Shown here one piece after another: positions 53,791-64,000 of a DNA stretch of 64,000 nt (its first letter is position 1; each line of letters starts with the position of its first letter). Source of the DNA: Lama guanicoe (Eukaryota); assembly GCA_013239625.1 (NCBI GenBank), contig MU054400.1, positions 851,146 to 915,145 on the forward strand. Reading direction: 5' to 3'. A program made the translations under genes and the position numbers. The notes under the pieces are model-generated. The model worked only from the letters and a program-made list of their open reading frames with translations, did not search any database and was not told where the DNA came from.

Positions 53791-53869
53791 CTGAATATGG
53801 GTTATTAGTGAGGCTCCCATCTCGATTGGCAAGGGCTGTGGGTGTAGCAAAAGGAATCCCATAGTAATC
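53791..53869 (-). CDS. UBAP2: UBAP2 exon (79 nt): DYYGIPFATPTALANRDGSLTNNPYS(G)
   Basis: tag acceptor, CAG|gttagt donor, phase 0-1. Confidence 0.95.
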
Positions 53870-56119
53870 CTAGGAGAGACAAGAGACGCCCGGTCAGCAG
53901 AACGGCCTGGCCCCACTCCTCCCCTGCAGGGAGCCCAGGCGCTCTGCTCCGGCTGCGGGGATATCACATGTGCACCTCCAGAGGGCAGCGTTCAGAGAAC
54001 TCAAAACAAGTGGTGCCCGTCAGAGCTGAGCCATGTGGCAGCCACACGAAACGCAGACAAAACTGACCAGCCCCTCAGCCTTCCCCAGGCAGAGCCATTG
54101 GAGGCCCAATCAAACACGTCCATTTCACACTGCAGAAGGATGCTGGTGAATGCCACCGGCCAAACCAACTCTACTGGCTTCTCCAGGGAGAATGATTCTC
54201 AAGGGCAGCTAGGAAAGCTGACTAGACAAGTAGAAACCTATAAAAGGGTAGGAGGAGCCTAAATGGTTTAACAGGAGTAAGGGCAGCGATACCAGGTAGG
54301 TACAGGTGCAGGAAACACTCGGGTCATGGCAGGAACTAGCCTCTCACCACCCACTCTGCCCCGGCAACACTGACACAGGAGCCACAGGAAGTGTGGATGC
54401 CAAAGGGCAAAACTGCAAAGGTGAGGCCTGCCCTGACCCTCCCTCAGCACTCAGGGCTTTGCCAGTCCTGGACATACTACACCCTGGGCCCCTGAGCCCT
54501 CCTGCTTTCCTCGTGGTTAAGTGTCTAGGAATGGCACGTATACCTTCCTTTGGCCTCATCTCTGGCTAATCGCCAAGAAAGCCATAACATCCTCAACCAA
54601 GAACCCTAAGAGGCAGGGCTAGAAAAGCACAATTAGTAGGAACACAACTGGAGACAGGCCTAGAGGAAGCCCAGGAGGGGGAGCTCTTTCACAGAAGAAG
54701 AAAATCCAAAGGCCGAAATGACCAAAGGGGACAATGAAAGAAATCTACCTCAAAGGGCAGGCATGCTCTGAGGTGATTTCTTCTAAGGCACAAAGTGATA
54801 AAGGGAATACGAAGCAGGATGATTTGCAGGGCTGGGATCTCACTGAGCCCCTCCTAGAGGCCTGAGCAGCACCCACATGCAGACTCATTCAGGACCGTCT
54901 CCTGCATCCCATCTCTGAGCTCCTGTAGCCGGTGGCTGGGAGGTCTCATGAGTGTCGGGGGACCAGGGCCATTTCTAGTTTCCCTGCAAAGCCCTAAGGC
55001 TAACGCATCCCCAGAGACCCCGAATTCTGGTGACCACCCTAGAAATCTGCCATCACGTCCTCAATATCCTTGCTAGAGCCCCCCAGAGATGTGGGCAGCA
55101 GCTGGAGCATCCTGCAGGCCCCTGAGCAGCAGTGTGATTGGCTGCTGGTTCGCACACTGTACGGAGAGCTGCCCAGGTACCAGCCTCTGGAAATATTCCA
55201 GGAGGTGGGAAAGTGTCTTCCTGAGAGACACGAGCTTCAGCCACCAAGCCTAGGAGGTGAAGGTGGTGTCTGCGGCTCCCTGAACCCTCTGTGGCCCACC
55301 CAGGAGGGGCAACACCAAGGAGAGGAGTCTGAAGACAGACACCTCACAGGGGAGAAAGCTTTGGGGAAGAGAAACGACCATATCCAGTGGAGCACACATC
55401 CAGTCTCTGACAATATGACAGAAGCCCTGGTCTACTCAAAATTACCAGGAGCCTGGGAAACGCTGGACAAGAAGGGAGCGGCAGTCAGGAGCCTCCTTCT
55501 GCACCTGTCCTGCACCGTGGGCCTGTCCACGCGGCCAGCCCAGGGAAGGCTTCGTCCTGGTAGCAAGGGCCTAAATAAAGAGGCAACCCCGGCCTCTGAG
55601 TTAGGCTGCAGCAACCAGAGAGCTCTTGGGGCAGCGTTCTAACAGTGAGGGCAGGCCAAGCCCACAGGGGCCCTCAGAGACTGTCAGCTCCAGCCGCTCG
55701 CTCAGGAGAGCAATGCTGCCACCACAGTATCACCAACAGCCAGGCTGGACAGAGCTTCGAAGAAGACGACGTTATAAAAAATTCCTGGGGCAGCAAACAA
55801 CCCCACACCTTGTGTTACATGGTTTTTTCTTTTTTAAAAACAAAGTTGGGGGTGAGAGAAGAGAAGGACCCGCATTGAGTAGGGGCGCCGCCTACTGGGG
55901 GCCCAGGTCACAGTGGTCTTCACGTTCCCTAGGCAGGGGCACAGGACATGCGCATCCCCAGGCTACAGTCGCACCAGGCACAACCACCAAACGGAAGCAG
56001 TGCTGAGGGAAGTCCTCAGGCTGAGTGTCCTGAGGCCAGGCAGGGCGGCGGTCCAGGCCATGGGAGTGGGACTCGTGAAAGTGCCCGACCCCGCCCCCCC
56101 AACTCCAAACCCCACTCAC

Positions 56120-56167
56120 CACTGGAAGCCGTGACTGCAGCATCTGGAGCTCGTCGTAGCCATAGAT
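56120..56167 (-). CDS. UBAP2: UBAP2 exon (48 nt): IYGYDELQMLQSRLPV
   Basis: cag acceptor, gtgagt donor, phase 0-0; conserved family motif. Confidence 0.95.
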
Positions 56168-56446
56168 CTGCACGAGGAACAAACGACTGTTAGGGACCAC
56201 ATACACCATCCCCCGGGAAGCCCAAGCCCACGTGGGGGCCTAAAACCAGGTTGGGGGCAGAGGATACATTCAGGGAGAGGCCCTAGTCAGGCTGCTGTGG
56301 GAAGACACCCCGCCCTGACGGAGTCTCGATGGAGAAACGCCAGGGCTCCGGGTGGCAGCAGGCTTGTGGAAGGAACTGCCGCAACCCCAGCCCCGCCAGG
56401 TCCCGCCGGGTGCCCGCCCGAGCCCAGGAGCCCCGCACGTGCTCAC

Positions 56447-56538
56447 CGGGTAGGCGGGAAGCAGTCCTCCGGGGCCCACGAGGTACTGGTTGTGCAGCAG
56501 GGGAGGCACCCCCTGCGGCAGGTTAGGGGGTGCTTTGC
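56447..56538 (-). CDS. UBAP2: UBAP2 exon (92 nt): (G)KAPPNLPQGVPPLLHNQYLVGPGGLLPAYP
   Basis: cag acceptor, gtgagc donor, phase 1-0. Confidence 0.95.
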
Positions 56539-57330
56539 CTGTAAAGATAAAAATCAAACGGAGTGAAGTGAGCACAAGAGTGAGGTCCCTCAGCTACTGT
56601 GGGGACGGACGGGGGTGTTGAGCTCACTGTCACGGTGCTGCCCCAGAAGCGGCCACGGTCTGGAGGGGCAGAAGCAGCTGAGAGAGGCCATGCTGGGGAT
56701 GGGGGAGACCGAAAGCACATGCCACCACATTCAGGCCATGTCGTCAAAGGGTTCCATGCCCCTGTGACGTGAAACAGCAGCCCCGCCCACTCCTGAAGGT
56801 CACACTGCACCAAGCAAACCTGAACAGTGGGAACAATATGCCCCTCAGAACAGGGCGGGCAGGCTGGTGCCCGGAGAGGGACGGGCTGCGTCAAAGGCAG
56901 GTCAGCAGTTTTACCAAAGCACAGTCAGCTTGGCGCACACAGACTGCCCAGGTCTGGCTAAAAGGCAGTCACACCAGTGACCAGGAGGAGCCCATGGTGG
57001 CTGCTCTGTCATCTCAGCTCCAGGGATGAGCCAGGACACAAGAGTGGGGAGCTACAAGCACCAAGGCTGCCAGGAGTCCTGCCTGAGGGGAGTAGCCCCC
57101 TCAGAAACTGACTTCAGAATCACCCTGACTGGCTCCACCCACCCCCACGTCAGCACCGGAAGGACCGGGCCTCAAGAGGTCAGTGGAACAAAGAGGACAA
57201 GCGAGCAATGGCAGAGCCGGAAGGAGACTGATCTTCCGATGCCCATGGACCCACCTCGCCCTCCTCCCTGGGGGGCCGAGCTGCACCTTCAAGGGGCTGG
57301 GGAAGCAGGAAAGGCCTCTGGGGCACACAC

Positions 57331-57526
57331 CTGAGGTCACCAAGGGCGTGGCCCTGGCACTGCTGCTGGGGGCACTCACGGCGGTACCGCCCAGGCAGAG
57401 GCTGTTCACTGCGTTCATGCTGCTCGGCAGGCTGAGCCCTGAGGACGTGGCACTCGAGGCAGAGGTTGCTGCCGTGGAGAAGGTGGCTGAGGACTGGAGG
57501 GGAGGGGCGCTCTCCACGCTGGCATG
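57331..57526 (-). CDS. UBAP2: UBAP2 exon (196 nt): HASVESAPPLQSSATFSTAA...SSSARATPLVTS(G)
   Basis: cag acceptor, CAG|gtgtgt donor, phase 0-1; Ser/Ala/Thr-rich low-complexity segment. Confidence 0.93.
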
Positions 57527-59479
57527 CTGGCAAAACAAAAAAGCCAGGACACATGGATCTGGGGGCAAAGCACGAGAGTGCAAGAGAACCAGCCTGGCAT
57601 GGGGGCCCACAGTCTCCAGACGGACCTGGGCGTGAGGGCACCGTGGCCCCTCACACTACAGCCAGAGCAGGCCATCGGGACACAACTCATAAGCTGCGTA
57701 CCAAGACGTTAAATTTGAGATTCATGACCAAGACCCTCCTAAAAATCTTTAAAGTTGCTCATGCTTTGGTATGTGAAACAAGGCACAAAACCCCAAGTAA
57801 ACCTTATGTCAGAGATGAGCACAGAGTATCACCTCACAGAAAGGCAAGGAGTCTCAAGAGAGCCGACCCCCGGGCAGCCCAGCCCACGCAGGAGCCCTCT
57901 GGGGTAACTGGGCTTCTCAGCTAGTCTAACCTGGAAGTAACGGGTGGCCAACAGGGGAGGCCTTTGCTCCAGAACCTGGTGACACTTTGCAGGCCCCTGG
58001 GGCCTACCAAGGGCTCACCCGGCCCTATGCCTGCACAAAAAGAACCACCGAGGCAGGAAGGGCAAAACCTGGCAGAAAGCCCTGAAGAGCCTGAGTTCCC
58101 AGAATCCTGCCCAGGCGCCAGAAACGGGTATCAGGAAGGGCTTCAAGGGCTGCTAGGTGGGTGAAGGAGAGACACCCAGTTGGGCAAAGCAAGGCCCAAA
58201 AAGAGAGGAGACCAGCCTCCAAACCAGAACGTATCCAGGACAAAGAAACTGGAAACTCCTGGAGGAGAAGCTGAAAAGGAACAGGAAGGTGCAAGAGGAA
58301 AGGGACCATCGTGTGCTCTGCCTCCCATTGCAGACAGCTCTGCCTGTGCGGGTCCTGGTGCCACAGCCCACCCCACCCACCCAGCCCCGGCACTGGGGCC
58401 CTACCACCCAGAAAGGGGTCAGCAAATGAAGACAGCTCAAATCACGGTGTCCTGGGGCTCCCCAGGACTCCTGGTCCTTCCACCCAGATGGACAGAACCA
58501 GGGACAGGAGAGCCCAGAGCGGGGCAGAGGCTGCCCAGCTCCCCACTCCACGGTCCCTGCAGAGAGTCAGGCTTCCCCCAAGAACACCTGCCACAGAAGC
58601 AAGAACAGCTCTGCCCACTGCACTGTGATTATCACTGGCCACACAACTTTTTAACTCAACTACAGGACAGAAAAATGAACAGGCCCAGTCTTGGGAGTGG
58701 GGGAATCCACAGAAGAGCAGCTTGCTGGAGAAGTGGCTCCTGATTTGCCAGCACGAACTCAGGAGTCGCCCAGCAAGCCTCTCCTTCCTCCAGCGGACCC
58801 TGACTGGGCTCCTGTCTGCTCCTCACCTCTCAAATCTGGGAGGGAGACAAGATGCTGGCTCGCTCAGTCCCTCCAGCGGGGCTGCCACTAAGCTCCTCAG
58901 ATGAGCCCAGAAAAGCACAGCTGCGCCAGACCCTCCACAGAACACAAAGGGCAGCAGAAAACACTAGGTTTCCTTCCTAAGGTTAACGCGGGAAAGACCG
59001 AGCTATGGCAGACTGATATACCTATTTAAAAACCAAAAATATTTGTAAAGTGACAAACCTATGGAAAATATTTGCATCTCCCATCACCAGAGGCTACTTA
59101 CTAGTCTCCCAAGTATAAAAAATAAATGCCACAGACCAGACAGGAAAATGAACAATTGTAAACAGCTCACCCAAAAGGTAATTTAATAACTTTCCAACAT
59201 ATAAAATAGATGTTCAAACTCTTTCAATTAAAGACTACATTGACAGGTCATTTTTCTGTTAACACACTGGAAAAATACAAATGTTTGGTAACATCATTTG
59301 AGGAGGTAGTAGGGAAACAGAACATTTCATTCATTGCCAGTCAAAGGGAAATGGGTTAGAATCACTATGCAGAGCAATCTGGCAATTTGTATAAAATGAT
59401 AAACGCCCAGTGACTCCACCTCCAGGGCTGACCCTCTAGACACAGCTACACACATGAACCAAGACGTACAGAAGGTTAC

Positions 59480-60200
59480 CGAGGGCAGCTCTTGTGTTCT
59501 TGTGCTTTGCAGATGCTGTGCTGCTTACGAAGTCAAGGTCTGTGACAACCCTGAAACAGCACAGCTGTCGGCACCGTTCTACCAACAGCACTTGCTCGCT
59601 TCCTGTCTGTGCGTCACATGTGGGTAATTCTCTCAATATCTGCAATCTTTTCATTATATTTGTTACGATGACAAGTGACCTTTGATATTACTAACGCAAA
59701 AAGATTACAACTTGCTAAAGGCTCAGATGGTTGGCATTTTGTAAGCTAATAATGTATTTTTTAACTTTTTTTTATTGATTTATAATCATTTTACAATGTT
59801 GTGTCAAATTCCAATGTAGAGCACAATTTTTCAGTTATATATGAACATGTATATATTCACTGTCACATTCCTTTCTCTGTAAGCTACCATAAGATCTTGT
59901 GTATATTTCCCTGTGTGATACAGTATAATCTTGTTTATCTGTTCTACAATTTTGAAATCCCAGTCTATCTCTTCCCGCCCCCTGCCCTCTTGGCAACCAC
60001 TAATAATGTATTTTTAATTGAGTTCTGTGCATTGTTTTTTTTAAGACATAATACTATTATTGCACACCTAATAGACTACAATTTAGTATAAACATAACTT
60101 ACATGCACTGAGAAACCTAAAGATTCACGTGACTCAGTCTCCTGTGATAACTGCTCTACTGTGGTGTCCAGAACTGAGCCTGCAACAGTTCCGAGGTAGC
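59480..60200 (+). mobile_element. Internally deleted Tigger1-type DNA transposon, interrupted by an L1 3' end
   Basis: Tigger1-like 5' part (aaggtctgtgacaaccctg..ccaacagcac.tgctc) joined to a 3' part (gcaaaaagattacaacttgctaaaggctcagatg..tgcacacctaatagactaca). Confidence 0.8.
59762..59999 (-). mobile_element. Young L1 3' end (~240 nt)
   Basis: Similar to 7935-8175; TSD ctaataatgtattttt at 59746-59761 and 60000-60015. Confidence 0.9.
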
Positions 60201-61647
60201 AAGACTGAAAATGGCCCTAAAGCTCCATCAGAAGAGAACTGATAATATAAGCAGCAGAGCTTTGAAAAAGGAACAAAGAACTCTGTTTCCACAAAGAAAC
60301 CTCCTGAAGACACACTGTTAAGTGAGGGAAAACCTGGAAGGACACTGTGTGGAAAGTCCCTATTTACAGTACAGGAAGGGGCAGAAGGCAAAGGGAAAGC
60401 GACTGTGCATGCATTTTCTATTTTATGGGCTAAAAAAAGAAACTCTAGAGGATCAAGACAGTAGTAGGAAGAGGGGGAGAGGGGAGCACACGAGAGACAG
60501 AAAACCTTTCCAGTACGTATCTTCTTATGCCTTTTGTTACTGTATCTTAGGACAACACTAGCAACCGTACAAGGCGATTCTGGTTGCGGCCGCTGGGACT
60601 GCACCATTTAGAGTTTCTTGCTAAGACACAGAGTGCAGCTGACCCATGAAAGCAAGGGCCCCAGGCTCCAAACACAGTGCCCAGGGGACAGGAGGCCAGC
60701 TCTCCAGGGCTCACAGTGGGGACATCTCATGGCTTCCCACTGGCCAAACAGGAAGCACTGGCTGATGGGCAGGCCCTTAGCCCAAAGGCAGAGACATTCC
60801 CCTCAGGCTCTGCCAGGAAGGTGGTGATCTATGTGTTTGAAGACCATGAACTGTGGGTAAGATTTCACTTGTAAAACTAGTCTGAAAGCCATATTAGCCA
60901 GATACCGATGAAAGAAAGAATCGAACTTTTTCCATCACTTCATTTACAGCCAAAGGTTTGAAATATACCTTCTCAGAGGAAACAAACTGCCTCAATTTCC
61001 CAACTCCCCCACTCATCTGCACCCGAGACTTCCCTCCCTGCCTGGGACCCATCTACCCCAACTCTGAGGAAGTTTGCTCTTTCCAGGCACCTGTCCTGCC
61101 ACAGTTCCTTATGTTCCAGTCTCTCCCAGCTTCTAGTATCGCTGCCCTCACAGCCCTGCCCACACAGACTGGCCTGAGCCCGATGACGGGAACCATGCCC
61201 CCGGCTCCACAGCTCAGAGGGCGCACCTCTGTAACCACACGTAAGGTTGCTCTTTGGCACGTCAGGACACTTGTCAGCTGGTGCCCGAATTGTGCTTCCA
61301 TTCTTGCCTCTCCACACTCCACACTCCCTTCTCTAGCAGCCACCTTCCCAAAGTCTCTGCCTCTGAGCTGGAGGAGACGGCACATGGTCGAGTGAACGAA
61401 ACACCTGACGCCACAACCAGGAAGACCCCCAGGACCACAAGTGCATGTGGCAAAGGATGGATACGCCTCACACAGCTCTCCCTTTGCCCTTCGCTCTCTC
61501 TACAAGGGCCTTCGCAAAGTAACACAGCACTATCCAGGAAGGATGCTCTCGATTAAACTTGACTTGTCCATGGAGCCAAGCACAAGTTAGCAAGGAGTGT
61601 ACTTTCCTCTAAAAAGCTTGCAAATACCTCAATAAAACAAGTCCTGG

Positions 61648-61770
61648 TGGGAAGGGTGCAGCTCAGTGGTGGAGCATGTGCTTAGCATGCACAAGGTCCT
61701 GGGTTCAATCCCTAGTAGGTCCATTAAAAAAACAAATGAACCTAATTACCTCCTCCCCCCCCAAAAAATT
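61648..61770 (+). mobile_element. tRNA-derived SINE (vic-1-like)
   Basis: gggaagggtgcagctcagtggtggagcatgtgcttagcatgcacaaggtcctgggttcaatccc, followed by an A-rich and C-rich tail. Confidence 0.85.
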
Positions 61771-62119
61771 CCCAGACAATAAATGAAACCAATCCTGCTA
61801 GGCAGAAAGGTCTCCTATAACATACAGGGAGCTCGGTGAATTCTGGGGAACAAATTCACCACCCGACAGCCCTGCCAATCATGTACCAGGTCTGGGGGAC
61901 CAATTCTTCCACAGAGGCATGGACTTAAGGAAGCAAGATGTTCTCCACGGTGCCTACGAAACCATCCATTCAAACCACATACCCAGATCAAGACACTGCA
62001 GCCAAGCCATCGAGAGTATTTGAAATGTGTGTACTCCACAAACTGAACCTTACCTGCACATGACTCAGCTCCAAGCTGGCTGAGCAGGGTGGCGGGTAAG
62101 GGGCCTAGAGAACACTTAC

Positions 62120-62189
62120 TGTGTGTGCCGTGCTGGAGGAGAGGGCTGCGTGTGCAGACGGGAGGCTGCTCTGATGGCTGGAGAGGGAG
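62120..62189 (-). CDS. UBAP2: UBAP2 exon (70 nt): (S)SLSSHQSSLPSAHAALSSSTAHT
   Basis: tag acceptor, gtaagt donor; phase 2-0 links the flanking exons in frame. Confidence 0.92.
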
Positions 62190-63012
62190 CTAGAAGACAA
62201 AACAGAGCACCATGTGTCCACCCCACCAAGTCACTCCATGCAGGGGGGCCCGGCTTCAGGCTTCACACCCTTCGTTCCCTATCACCTTGGAACCCAGTCC
62301 AGGTGTTCTGGTGGTTAGAAATTATCTAAGGGGTCACTCGCCATGAGGACCTGGGACATCTGGCCTGGGAAACCTACAGAGCCAGATTCAGGCTACTCTA
62401 GCCATGTGCTCTTGAGACTGTAAACAAGTACAGGATCACACTCCTAGCCTTGGAGACCCCCTTAAATCTGTGTGTGAGGCTTCTGAATAAAGTTCCTATG
62501 TGCAACCCCACATGCCAGAGTCAGACCTTGAATTCCCATCAAATCCAAAATTCAAACCATGTGGAGAGCTCTTAAGGACCAGCCATATCCCATTCTCCTG
62601 CGCCCTGTTCTGATAACTTGATCTCTGAAACCCTGACAAGTACAAGCCAGAGACCTGTCATCATTCTCAGTCCACGTCACAGGGACAAGGCCCAGACGTG
62701 GGGGGGAAACTAGGCTCGGGGCTCCCTCCTGAGCCTTCCTCCTTGAAGAACAGCAGAGGGCCCTTGGCCCCACCCATTCCCCAGGGGATCCAGTGCTCCA
62801 TCACAGCAGAGACATTTCAGGCCCGCAAAGCTGTCACTCCAGGTGCTTCAGAGACCCCGCCTGGCCAAAAGTGACACTGGAGCATTACTGCAAAAGACCA
62901 GGAGGTCGTGCTGGGGGTGACAGTGGTTTTGTTGGTGGGAACACCCTTCTGTAAGGGCTCCAGGACTTCGCCCTGGTGAGCCTCCAACTCCAGGCCCCCA
63001 TTTTCCCCATAC

Positions 63013-63196
63013 CTGCTTAGCTGAGAGAGGGGGCTGCTGGACAGGTCACCAGGCTGGGACAAGGAAGGCAGAGTGGCAGTGTGCTGGGACACAGGGGGCA
63101 GAAGTGGAGTGCAGGAGGTGGTGCTGGGCAGGGAGCCCACAGACGGGAGGGCAGAGGGCGGGTCTGCTGTCTTTGGAGCTGGAACGGATGAAGTAG
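63013..63196 (-). CDS. UBAP2: UBAP2 exon (184 nt): TSSVPAPKTADPPSALPSVGSLPSTTSC...GDLSSSPLSQLS(S); the gene continues beyond the window
   Basis: ttttttacag acceptor, AG|gtatgg donor, phase 1-2. Confidence 0.92.
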
Positions 63197-63598
63197 CTGT
63201 AAAAAACACATCTGTTTAGCTCCAGAACCAACCTTGAGTATCTAAAATACGCTGACTGTTCTGTGACATGTCAGGCTTCACTGAGACAGATACAAAGTTA
63301 CATTCCCCAGGGAAAATGCCCAAGCATGCCACCAAGATGGTCCCTTCTCTGTCTGATGTGACTATGGCAAGGACGGTCAGAACACAGAACTCCAGCCAAG
63401 AGTGGGAAATGACCTCTTTCCCAGAGAAAGAGGCTCTAGGATTGAGAAATATGGTTACAACGTGCAGCACAACAGGGGAGAGTGACTCTCTGGTGGGTGA
63501 ACCACTTGGGGGTTAGTTCTTTGCTATCAAAAGAGTATCAAATCAGGCTGACCTTGTGAAAGCTCAAAGTCAATCTAAGGCAGGAGGGGGCAGGCACA

Positions 63599-63675
63599 GA
63601 AAAGACTCAGTTTCAGTGCCATCCACACACACACAATTCAGATATGTGCTTGGAACCACAGCATCACTGTCTTTC
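63599..63675 (-). ncRNA. SNORD121B: Box C/D snoRNA of the SNORD121 family (probably the SNORD121B orthologue) in a UBAP2 intron
   Basis: The - strand reads GAAAGAC-A-GTGATGC (C box)...CCAAGCACATAT-CTGA (D')...CTGA (D)-GTCTTTT. It has a terminal stem and a guide complementary to 28S rRNA UAUGUGCUUGG. UBAP2 is the known host of SNORD121A/B; the A versus B assignment is inferred from position. Confidence 0.88.
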
Positions 63676-64000
63676 CCAGTCAGGGGGGAGAAGCGCCTTT
63701 CCTGCAGGAAGCCCTGGGAGCCCAGGGGACACACGCTGCCTCTAAAAGGGAGGACGACTGGAAGGCAAACACAGGCAGCAAGAGGGCAACACTCGGTTTG
63801 GTCAGCTCAGAGCGAGCGCCTTCCTGACAGTCCTTCCCAGGTGACACCTGCTCCTCCAGAAACCAGACAGGCAAACAGGTGTCCTGGCCTCAAACTCAGA
63901 CCCCAACACTCAGCTCCCTGGGTGTGGATCACACTGGTAACAGGTTCATGGAAAGCCTCTCAAAAAACCTGTGGGGGGCGGGGGCGGGGGCGGGTATGGC

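Noticed and set aside
55070..61556. Long + strand ORFs (e.g. 190 aa at 55070, 187 aa at 58180, 145 aa at 60958)
   Set aside because: They are antisense to UBAP2 in GC-rich DNA where stops are rare, with no recognisable domains or splice structure.
26477..61770. tRNA-Ala-like sequences as real tRNA genes
   Set aside because: They have diverged stems, A/C-rich tails and TSDs, which marks them as SINEs.
1..64000. CRISPR arrays, operons or a novel multi-gene system
   Set aside because: The sequence is well explained as a mammalian two-gene locus plus interspersed repeats, and I saw no regularly spaced repeat-spacer structure.

Overview
Mammalian genomic DNA, probably a camelid judging by its tRNA-derived vic-1-like SINEs and the style of its young L1 3' ends (inference). 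It holds two known genes arranged tail to tail. On the + strand are UBE2R2 (CDC34B) coding exons 2-5 and a ~3.1 kb 3' UTR; exon 1 lies upstream of the window. On the - strand are the last 12 coding exons of UBAP2, which splice into one continuous frame (1439 nt, ending ...GNSPYWTN*). An intronic box C/D snoRNA recognisable as SNORD121 (28S rRNA guide) lies at ~63.6 kb. The UBE2R2 introns are AT-rich and packed with antisense L1 remnants, LTRs, L2, MIR and DNA transposon fossils, whereas the UBAP2 end is GC-rich with short introns. I found no previously undescribed biological system. The most notable observations are an apparent L1 3' transduction nested in the tail of another L1, a young L1 with an intact ORF2 C-terminus and TSD, the snoRNA with a variant C box, an in-frame stop-free last intron of UBAP2, and a candidate poison splice donor. 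Most ORFs in the supplied track are spurious or repeat-derived. Repeat family names and boundaries of old repeats are by-eye estimates.
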